From: a virus
Strand: one strand, 5' to 3'
Length of the DNA: 13,225 nucleotides
Virus genome (UHGV): UHGV-0112548
In this document: piece after piece, positions 1 through 5,700 of the stretch
Numbering within the stretch: position 1 is the stretch's first letter
How the letters are laid out: every line of letters begins with the position of its first letter
Notes under the pieces: generated by a model
Seen by the model: the letters and a program-made list of their open reading frames with translations, nothing else
What the model was told of the DNA's origin: nothing
The model's database searches: none
Position numbers and translations under genes: made by a program

Positions 1-77
1 TGCAGATCGTTCAGGCTGTAACGCCCATAAGCATCACGACGAACTTCAATACCATCAATGACCATCAGATTATTCAT
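1..77 (-). CDS. KilA-N domain-like phage protein, 5' end only (gene continues beyond window start)
   Basis: Minus-strand ATG at 77..75 preceded by AAGAGGAG Shine-Dalgarno; my translation is MNNLMVIDGIEVRRDAYGRYSLNDL.., open to the window edge. The IDG..YSLNDL pattern recalls KilA-N N-termini (from memory, not searched). Confidence 0.4.
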   Translation of the reverse strand, partial: MNNLMVIDGIEVRRDAYGRYSLNDL

Positions 78-96
78 ACTTCGTTTCTCCTCTTAA

Positions 97-486
97 TCAG
101 GCGGCTGCACCCGCCGTTTTCTCGTACTTACTGATAGTGATCTCGACCTTCCCTTCCGGGATAACCGGTCCCCACTCCACCAGCATTCTTTTCACCTGAC
201 TGTCGTCTTCCCACACCCCCGCGTGGGTCAGGGCGTCAAACAGCGCCTTGTTATAGTTGTCCAGATCGCGGATCCGGTTATCCGGAGGAAACAACACGAT
301 CTCCACTGAAGCAGGTGCCGACGTTGGTTTCGGCAGACGACGTAACTGCTCAACTATTGCTGCGCACGCCGCGCTCTGGAATTTTCGCCCCGCCGCGCTT
401 ATCAGGCTCTTACCAGCAAACGCCCCTTTGTTGGGGTGTCGCCAGTACGTGTTCACGCTGGGCGGAAAAGGCAGGATCAGCTTCAT
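97..486 (-). CDS. rusA: RusA-family Holliday junction resolvase
   Basis: 129-aa ORF; N-terminal LPFPPSVNTYWRH and the acidic RDLDNYNKALFDAL segment match the RusA family signature as I recall it. Start overlaps the stop of the upstream gene (483..486). Confidence 0.8.
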   Translation of the reverse strand: MKLILPFPPSVNTYWRHPNKGAFAGKSLISAAGRKFQSAACAAIVEQLRRLPKPTSAPASVEIVLFPPDNRIRDLDNYNKALFDALTHAGVWEDDSQVKRMLVEWGPVIPEGKVEITISKYEKTAGAAA

Positions 487-809
487 ACTTTCAGGCCCCT
501 CTCATGTAACCAGTGGGCTGCACGCAGCCTGGCGTTTTCCTCACCGGCAAGCAGTGAGCGGATAATCCCGACCGCCTCGCTGTCGTCGTCCTTCACCGCG
601 GTATGAAGCGTTATCCCCCGTGCCACGCCACGCTTTATCGTGATGACGCCTTTTTTCTCCAGTGCGCGAAGATGCTCCACCGCTGCATTCACTGAACGGT
701 ATCCCAGCATGGTTGCCACCTCCTGATTGGTTGGCGGGAAGCCACGTTCTTTCTGATAAGAAATCAGCATATCCAGCACCTGCTGCTGGCATTGAGTTAA
801 CGTCGTCAT
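483..809 (-). CDS. LexA-like DNA-binding-domain protein (no S24 peptidase domain)
   Basis: 108 aa; first ~70 residues (LTQCQQQVLDMLISYQKERGFPPTNQEVATMLGYRSVNAAVEHLRALEKKGVI) align with the LexA N-terminal winged helix. Protein ends after a short linker with no Ser/Lys peptidase module. 4-nt ATGA-type overlaps on both sides (806..809 and 483..486). Confidence 0.65.
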   Translation of the reverse strand: MTTLTQCQQQVLDMLISYQKERGFPPTNQEVATMLGYRSVNAAVEHLRALEKKGVITIKRGVARGITLHTAVKDDDSEAVGIIRSLLAGEENARLRAAHWLHERGLKV

Positions 810-1459
810 GCCGCCATCTCCCTGACCAGTTTTTCCGCCTGCTGGCGAACCTGCGCCAGAAAGGCCTCACCACATGCCTCAAGTTCATCGCGCCCGATGT
901 AGCTGATTGCCGGTCCCTTCCAGGTCTTGTCGAAAACAGCAATAGCACCAGCGAAGAACGCTCCTGTAGGCACCTGCTTCTCATCCTTCGGGATAAACCA
1001 GGCAGGCAGTTCAAAACCAATACGCCCGCGAATAAAAGCAATATGGTCTGCATCTTCCGGCCACCACACTTCGCTGGTGGCAGCTTTGATCAGGAAAACA
1101 TAGCGCCCGCCTTTATCACGCATGGCACTGGCATGCTTCATGATGTAACGCATGCCGGTGATGTATTGCCCCTCATGCTGACTGGCGCGGCTGTACGGGG
1201 GATTACCAAAGGCAGCACCTTTAAGCTCCGCAAGACGTTCAGACCAGTCATGCGCCAGCGCGTTGTCTTCCGCAGTGTAATAAGCGGCACATTTGGCGTT
1301 ATCACCATCAGTGAACAGATCCAGAACAAACGGGCCAAACAGGGTGTTAATTCCCCAGAAAATGTTGTCCGGCGTGCGCCACTGATCGCCCACTTCCTTC
1401 AGTTCATGGGCTGGTTTGTTCCGCAGTTCCACCAGCGCCTGGCAATATTTATTACTCAT
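806..1459 (-). CDS. phage DNA N6-adenine methyltransferase (Dam-type, NPPY motif)
   Basis: ORF contains GNPPYS (catalytic motif IV of amino-methyltransferases). Start placed at the ATG at 1459..1457, which overlaps the upstream stop as TAATG and follows a GGGGG SD; the ORF-track start at 1492 is an alternative. Confidence 0.75.
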   Translation of the reverse strand: MSNKYCQALVELRNKPAHELKEVGDQWRTPDNIFWGINTLFGPFVLDLFTDGDNAKCAAYYTAEDNALAHDWSERLAELKGAAFGNPPYSRASQHEGQYITGMRYIMKHASAMRDKGGRYVFLIKAATSEVWWPEDADHIAFIRGRIGFELPAWFIPKDEKQVPTGAFFAGAIAVFDKTWKGPAISYIGRDELEACGEAFLAQVRQQAEKLVREMAA

Positions 1460-1947
1460 TAAGCCCCCACGTAATTCCCTGACAGATACCACTCTTCACC
1501 CGATGCAGCGCGCTTGCTGCTTTTCCGTAAGCACCGCTCACGACGCGCCAGAAAATTGTTTCGTTCTGGCTGGGAGTGGCTTTCACGGAATGCCGCCATC
1601 CACACCGTTGCAGCACGACGGTATAAGCCCCTGGACTCCAGTTCTTCCGCCTGGCGGGTCAGGCACAAAATCTCCCGCGGGTCGTTAGTGCCGACATAGA
1701 AATTGCGCACAGGTCTGGTTTCACGAACTGGTTGCGGTTCCGCCTCCTGCGCTCTCTCAGTCAGACGCGGGAAATGTCTGCGTGTATCCCCTTCACAACG
1801 GTGAGCCACACGCCCACTCTGACGTAACTTGCTTGCTGACTGCAGAACGCGCTGCCGTGAGTAACCTGCAAAAGCATCCGCAATGTCTCCGGAAGTACAC
1901 CCCGGATGGGCTTCAATGAATTTCTGAACGTCATTTAACAGACTCAT
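1459..1947 (-). CDS. PerC/ANR-like regulatory protein with N-terminal winged-helix-like region
   Basis: The track ORF begins with GTG at 1953; the ATG at 1947 with a GGGGG SD 5 nt upstream is the more likely start (MSLLNDVQKF..). The C-terminal LESRGLYRRAATVWMAAF resembles the PerC/ANR helix motif (from memory). Confidence 0.45.
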   Translation of the reverse strand: MSLLNDVQKFIEAHPGCTSGDIADAFAGYSRQRVLQSASKLRQSGRVAHRCEGDTRRHFPRLTERAQEAEPQPVRETRPVRNFYVGTNDPREILCLTRQAEELESRGLYRRAATVWMAAFRESHSQPERNNFLARRERCLRKSSKRAASGEEWYLSGNYVGA

Positions 1948-1949
1948 GA

Positions 1950-2891
1950 TCACCCCCTGAATCCTGCCGGGATCTGGCTGTAGTCCACGTTGTCGTAACT
2001 GGATTTGAAGTACGGGTCTTCGCGTTTTTCGATGTACGTGCTGACGGACGGCGATAAGCGCAGGGAAAGCTCATCCCATTTTTCCCGCAGCTTCGACGGG
2101 CTGAGCACGTTACGGCACCAGAACGGATCGCGGCTGACGCGGCTGTACATCTCGCAGATTTGTTTGTGAGTACGACCATCCTGCACACACATCAGGCGAA
2201 TTTCGTTTGCCCAGGCTGTCCAGTTCGGTTCTTTGGGACGAACCACCTCGCCGTCACATTCGGCGGCCTGCTCGTACAGGGCGATGATTTTTTTCCAGAG
2301 CCACTGTGCGCAGGTCAAATCATCCTGCGTTCCCCACTGGCGCTTTTTAGGGCTGAATACAACCGCATCAGGATGGCGAGTTAAAAAATCCTGTTCATCC
2401 GTCTGCGTGTCCGGTTGCGAAGCGTCCGGACGAGAAGTTTTTTTATCTGACGGATCATGTTTTGATTTTACTGACGGATCCCCGCCAGATTCTGACGGGT
2501 GAAAACCCGCTTTTTTGCCAGATTTCGACGCATCAAATTTTGACGGGTCAGATTTTGATGCGTCAGATTTTGACGGGTCAGAATCTGACAGTTGAGAAAA
2601 TGCCGCTGCCTGAAGCTTCGCAACGTTAAGCTGATAAACATTCGACGCATTGCGGTTACCCTGGCGACGCGCCTTACGCGTTAACCAGCCTTCTGCTTCC
2701 AGCCGTGCGATAGCCGTTCTGACGGTACTCATCCCCGCGCCAATCTGGCGGGCAATGGTTTCAATTGATGGCCAGCACACACCTTCGTCATTACTGAAAT
2801 CAGCCAGGCGGGCCATAATTGCCACGCTGGATAATTTCATGCCTGATGCAGCGCAACCATCCCATACATAGCCGGTTAATTTAGTGCTCAT
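1950..2891 (-). CDS. phage replication initiator (HTH N-domain, low-complexity linker encoded by iterons, conserved C-domain)
   Basis: 313 aa; N-terminus has a helix-turn-helix-like segment (SIETIARQIGAGMSTVRTAIARLEAEGWL); the SDxSKSD linker is encoded by the tandem repeats at 2445..2591; GAGG SD before the ATG at 2891. Arrangement mirrors lambda O with ori inside the gene. Confidence 0.6.
   Translation of the reverse strand: MSTKLTGYVWDGCAASGMKLSSVAIMARLADFSNDEGVCWPSIETIARQIGAGMSTVRTAIARLEAEGWLTRKARRQGNRNASNVYQLNVAKLQAAAFSQLSDSDPSKSDASKSDPSKFDASKSGKKAGFHPSESGGDPSVKSKHDPSDKKTSRPDASQPDTQTDEQDFLTRHPDAVVFSPKKRQWGTQDDLTCAQWLWKKIIALYEQAAECDGEVVRPKEPNWTAWANEIRLMCVQDGRTHKQICEMYSRVSRDPFWCRNVLSPSKLREKWDELSLRLSPSVSTYIEKREDPYFKSSYDNVDYSQIPAGFRG
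2445..2591. repeat. iteron array (about 8 copies of a ~15-bp GATTYTGACGGRTCA-like unit) with adjacent AT-rich patch; putative origin of replication
   Basis: Read directly: units at 2445-2459, 2470-2484, 2487-2501, then four phased tandem 15-mers at 2521-2535, 2536-2550, 2551-2565, 2566-2580 and a partial unit 2581-2591. AT-rich gaagtttttttatctga at about 2433-2450. Confidence 0.6.
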
Positions 2892-2900
2892 GACCGACCT

Positions 2901-3239
2901 CTATTTCCCTGAATTTACGACGAAACTGTTCGAGCGGGCTGAAGCACTCATGCTCATAGCCTTCGCGGAGGTAGATAACCCGTTGTGTTTCCGGCTCCCA
3001 ACGAATGACTCTGACGGGCACTCCGTAGTGATCTTTGAACCAGCGGTTAACTTGTCGCAAAGGACTGTCTCCTTCTGCCGGTTGAAATCACCCACAGCCC
3101 ACTCTGCAAAGCTGTGGGTTACAATTTCCCTGTCACCTGGTACATTCACTGCATAGCAATATTCCACCTTCGCTTTTCCACCCGGTACAGGAAGCGCAAT
3201 CAGTTGCGAGCAACGGTAGTGTGTTGTTAAACTGTTCAT
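2901..3239 (-). CDS. hypothetical protein; apparent frameshift near 3060-3087 (C-terminal part continues in another frame to 2881)
   Basis: ATG at 3239 overlaps the upstream stop (ATGA). The first ~55 aa look protein-like, the frame then turns Ser-rich, while the -1 frame reads ..[42 protein letters not shown].. and stops at 2881, overlapping the initiator start. Confidence 0.4.
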   Translation of the reverse strand: MNSLTTHYRCSQLIALPVPGGKAKVEYCYAVNVPGDREIVTHSFAEWAVGDFNRQKETVLCDKLTAGSKITTECPSESFVGSRKHNGLSTSAKAMSMSASARSNSFVVNSGK

Positions 3240-3820
3240 GCGTTAGTTTCTCCACAACCAGAAGCAATCGACGCCACGACGCCCGGAGCTGCACACTCGC
3301 GGGCGTTACTCTTTTCCGGCGCACAAAAAACACGAAATAACAGTGTTAAATGCTCCTGCCACTTCGCCATTACTTGGTAGCTGTTCTCTTCGATTTGCTC
3401 ACGCTCAGCCTGGTCAATAACTCCATCAGCAGTTGCCTTGCGTAAGTACTGGGAATGCTTGCCAATCCATTCTATTGACTCCATCAGCCGCTGATTAATG
3501 TCACCATTGTCAATGTCATCAATGACCACCAGCGGCACAAACACCCCATTACTACGACGGGCTATTGCATCTGTTACATGCCTGGTACCACTGGCATCCT
3601 GTAAAACCATGGCCCACTCAAGTGGAAAAATTTGATCCCCACCGCTACGCAGTCTGTTATGCAATTGATCTTTTGCTGGGGTGATATCATCAGATTTATA
3701 CAAACCAAGAATTTCTGCTGCTTCCTCATAGCCATGAGGTAAATCAGCAATCGTTCTTCGTATTGCTGCCACCAGCCATGCTGGTTGTTTATCAACTTTC
3801 CATTCAGGTTCTTTACCCAC
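3236..3820 (-). CDS. CII-like / YdaT-like early regulatory protein
   Basis: 194-aa ORF with GTG start at 3820 and GAGGAA SD 8 nt upstream; sits directly downstream of the Cro-like gene, where lambdoid phages carry cII. Family assignment is from position and recollection only. Confidence 0.45.
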   Translation of the reverse strand: MGKEPEWKVDKQPAWLVAAIRRTIADLPHGYEEAAEILGLYKSDDITPAKDQLHNRLRSGGDQIFPLEWAMVLQDASGTRHVTDAIARRSNGVFVPLVVIDDIDNGDINQRLMESIEWIGKHSQYLRKATADGVIDQAEREQIEENSYQVMAKWQEHLTLLFRVFCAPEKSNARECAAPGVVASIASGCGETNA

Positions 3821-3847
3821 GGTTAATTCCTCATTTCTGTGGTGTTT

Positions 3848-4045
3848 TTATGCCGCAGCACTGTTAGTCTTTTGATATAAAGACACGTCAACTTTCAGTT
3901 TCCCGTTAGTAATTTTTTCTAACTGGTACGCTCGGCCTTCAGGAATAATCTCAGGCCACTCTGAAACAGACGGATGCTTAATACCTAGGGCTTCGGCAGT
4001 TTTACAAACTCCGCCGAAATAATTAATCACGTCGGATTTCCGCAT
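3848..4045 (-). CDS. cro: Cro-like repressor (YdaS-type HTH)
   Basis: 65 aa, divergent from the CI gene; NYFGG..KTAEALGI..SVSEWPE..IP..RAYQLE..T.GKLK matches the small Cro/YdaS-type HTH pattern; GGGAG SD upstream of the ATG at 4045. Confidence 0.7.
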   Translation of the reverse strand: MRKSDVINYFGGVCKTAEALGIKHPSVSEWPEIIPEGRAYQLEKITNGKLKVDVSLYQKTNSAAA

Positions 4046-4140
4046 TTCTGTCTCCCGTTAAATTACGTTAAGCAGAAATGTAGGATATCCAACATACCAA
4101 TGTCAAGAATCCTACATGGGCATGTGGTAGGATTGCCTAC
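4046..4140. promoter_or_regulatory. divergent PR / PRM-like promoter-operator region
   Basis: On the minus strand: TTGACA (plus 4101-4106), 18-bp spacer, TACATT (plus 4077-4082) with the 18-bp operator ATGTAGGATATCCAACAT (4078-4095) over the spacer and -10. A second symmetric element AATCCTAC-N11-GTAGGATT (4108-4134) overlaps a TAGGAT -10-like hexamer 7 nt before the cI ATG, implying a leaderless cI mRNA as at lambda PRM. Confidence 0.55.
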
Positions 4141-4794
4141 ATGATGAACATGAGTGATCGTATTCGCCAAAGGCGAAAAGAACTGAACCTGACACAACAA
4201 GCACTGGCTGATTTGACTGGTGTGAACCGTGTCACGGTTACTGGATGGGAAAAGGACGACTACCAACCAAATGGAGCCAACCTTCAAGCCCTAGCCAACG
4301 CACTTAAATGCGATCCTCTGTGGCTTGTTAGCGGAAAAGGCTCGCCTGAACCAAAGATAAATCTAAAACCTGAAATATTCGCAGTTAAAAAAGTCCCCCT
4401 CATCTCGTGGGTTCAGGCGGGTTCATGGACAATGACGGAGCCTGGTGTCAGGAAAGAAGATGCTGAAGAGTGGGTTTATACTACCGCCCTTGTATCAGAA
4501 ATGGCATTTGCACTACGGGTCCGTGGTGATTCAATGACCAATCCCCTCGGCTCACCATCGATACCAGAAGGTTCTATCGTTATCGTAGAGCCAGATATTA
4601 TTGATACAGAGTGTATTAACGGAAAAATCGTTGTTGCCCATATCAATGGTGGGCAAGAAGCGACACTCAAAAAATTTGTTGAGGACTGGCCGAACAGGTA
4701 TCTCGTCCCACTAAATCCTAACTATAAAACTATTGAATGCGGTGAGAACTGCAGAATAGTTGGTCTTGTCAAACAAGTAATAATGGATTTTTGA
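4141..4794 (+). CDS. cI: CI-type prophage repressor (HTH_XRE N-domain + S24 LexA-like autopeptidase C-domain)
   Basis: 217 aa; N-terminal HTH (LNLTQQALADLTGVNRVTVTGWE), C-terminal serine motif VRGDSM and downstream lysine (ATLKKF); divergent from cro across an operator region; no SD upstream. Confidence 0.85.
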   Translation: MMNMSDRIRQRRKELNLTQQALADLTGVNRVTVTGWEKDDYQPNGANLQALANALKCDPLWLVSGKGSPEPKINLKPEIFAVKKVPLISWVQAGSWTMTEPGVRKEDAEEWVYTTALVSEMAFALRVRGDSMTNPLGSPSIPEGSIVIVEPDIIDTECINGKIVVAHINGGQEATLKKFVEDWPNRYLVPLNPNYKTIECGENCRIVGLVKQVIMDF

Positions 4795-4815
4795 CACATC
4801 TTCCTCACTATCGCA

Positions 4816-4840
4816 AAACCGGGGTATCCCCGGTTTTTTT
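4816..4840 (+). terminator. rho-independent terminator downstream of cI
   Basis: AACCGGGG-TAT-CCCCGG GC-rich hairpin followed by a run of seven T (4834-4840), about 20 nt after the cI stop. Confidence 0.7.
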
Positions 4841-4856
4841 ATGAGCCTATCTTTTT

Positions 4857-4910
4857 ATGTAGGATAACCAACATAAACTCTTGACACTCACATGTTGGAT
4901 ATCCTACATT
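4857..4910 (+). promoter_or_regulatory. PL / OL-like promoter-operator
   Basis: TTGACA at 4881-4886, 18-bp spacer, TACATT at 4905-4910. Operator ATGTTGGATATCCTACAT (4892-4909) is the exact reverse complement of the PR operator at 4078-4095; a second copy ATGTAGGATAACCAACAT lies at 4857-4874. Confidence 0.55.
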
Positions 4911-4992
4911 TGTTTTTAGAGTAGCCGCCGGTGGCATATGAATAACCGGATGATTCGCTGACAGAAAACTTAGGTTGGGGGTAGAGGTTTAC

Positions 4993-5358
4993 ATGAATCA
5001 TTTATTCACATGCTCATTTTGCGGAGCAACCGAACTGGGAGCGATAAAGATCGTCGCAAAAGGTGGTAAGGACGAACCTGCCATCTGTTCGGAATGCGTA
5101 GTCACATGTGTAGAAAAAATGATCCTGACTAAAAAATCAGAGGCTGAAAAACCAACCTCTGATAACGAAATAATATCAGTCGATAAAAAACTATTTAAAG
5201 AGCTTCTTCAGCTTGTCCTCAACCTTCCTGATTTCGGAAGTAAGCTGGCTGCTGTTGACATTGATAGTAGCTCCACATCGACAAGTGAAACTTTTGTTCG
5301 ACTTGAGCCAAGCGATTTTCTTCTTCGTCTTAGTGCCGCACTTAGGGCATGCGGGTAA
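4993..5358 (+). CDS. small protein with ClpX-type C4 zinc finger (ClpX N-terminal zinc-binding-domain-like)
   Basis: First ORF downstream of the PL-like promoter; ATG at 4993 after a GGGGGTAGAGG SD (the track start at 4975 is an alternative). CSFCGATELGAIKIVAKGGKDEPAICSECVVTC parallels ClpX [30 protein letters not shown]; no AAA+ module follows. Confidence 0.55.
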   Translation: MNHLFTCSFCGATELGAIKIVAKGGKDEPAICSECVVTCVEKMILTKKSEAEKPTSDNEIISVDKKLFKELLQLVLNLPDFGSKLAAVDIDSSSTSTSETFVRLEPSDFLLRLSAALRACG

Positions 5359-5388
5359 CGTAATTTCCTGGTTATCAAAAGCGCCCAT
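5191..5388 (-). CDS. small zinc-ribbon protein, antisense to the 3' half of the ClpX-zinc-finger gene
   Basis: 65 aa from the second ATG (5388), which has an AAGAGGG SD about 7 nt upstream. Contains CPKCG..(18 aa)..CRCG and a Lys-rich tail. Overlaps 5191..5358 of the plus-strand ORF, so one of the two may be a shadow ORF. Confidence 0.4.
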   Translation of the reverse strand: MGAFDNQEITLPACPKCGTKTKKKIAWLKSNKSFTCRCGATINVNSSQLTSEIRKVEDKLKKLFK

Positions 5389-5481
5389 AAACATCCCTCT
5401 TGGTTGTGTGAGAACACCAAGATACCACCGCGCCTGATGTGGTTAAAAGCAGGCTAAAGCAATAACAAGTAACTCCCTGTT

Positions 5482-5531
5482 CTGGCGGCCCGGTGTTTTC
5501 CCGTGTATTTCCGGTAACCGCCAGCCTTTTT
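5482..5531 (+). terminator. putative terminator-like hairpin (tL-like) in the leader upstream of rdgC
   Basis: CTGGCGG (5482-5488) pairs with CCGCCAG (5519-5525) around a ~30-nt loop, followed by CCTTTTTC. The loop is long for a classic terminator. Confidence 0.3.
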
Positions 5532-5536
5532 CAGGG

Positions 5537-5648
5537 CACAACAGAAAAGGGCATCACCGGGCGACGGGCTCATAACCCAATCCACCCGGGCAAAAAGAAA
5601 GCGGTCTCTGCAAGCCGCCGACCAATGCAGGTGCCCTTCTCTGTTGTG
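5537..5648. other. long-range inverted repeat (17 bp, one mismatch) enclosing ~78 nt; predicted long RNA stem in the early-left leader
   Basis: CACAACAGAAAAGGGCA at 5537-5553 versus TGCCCTTCTCTGTTGTG at 5632-5648 (reverse complement CACAACAGAGAAGGGCA). Confidence 0.4.
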
Positions 5649-5700
5649 TATGGAGAAACTAACTTTTTAGCGCCGGTGCAGAGGCGTTGAGGAACCGAGA

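Noticed and set aside
662-1462. 266-aa plus-strand ORF (also 541..1053, 1138..1338 and 1416..1688 on other frames)
   Set aside because: Antisense or overlapping shadows of the methyltransferase and PerC-like genes, whose own frames carry recognisable motifs (NPPY); no SD or motif support for the shadows.
2445-2591. Possible CRISPR array
   Set aside because: Units are about 15 bp, directly tandem without unique spacers, and lie inside a coding sequence; pattern fits replication iterons, not CRISPR.
2468-2650. 60-aa minus-strand ORF reading LTRQNLTHQNLTRQNL..
   Set aside because: Alternative frame across the iteron array; the repetitive translation is a by-product of the DNA repeats, and the initiator frame is the one with HTH and conserved C-domain.
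4063-4670. Minus-strand ORFs 4063..4287 and 4476..4670
   Set aside because: Antisense to the operator region and the CI gene, which has strong HTH and S24 motifs; no independent support.
5521-5537. Minus-strand GCCCTGAAAAAGGCT resembling lambda boxB (GCCCTGAAAAAGGGC)
   Set aside because: The 3' arm is AGGCT rather than AGGGC, so the 5-bp boxB stem cannot form; no adjacent boxA-like CGCTCTTA element was found.
5493-5690. 65-aa basic ORF considered as an N-like antiterminator
   Set aside because: GTG start with no SD, runs straight through the terminator-like hairpin and the long inverted repeat, and has no arginine-rich N-terminal motif; more likely non-coding leader.
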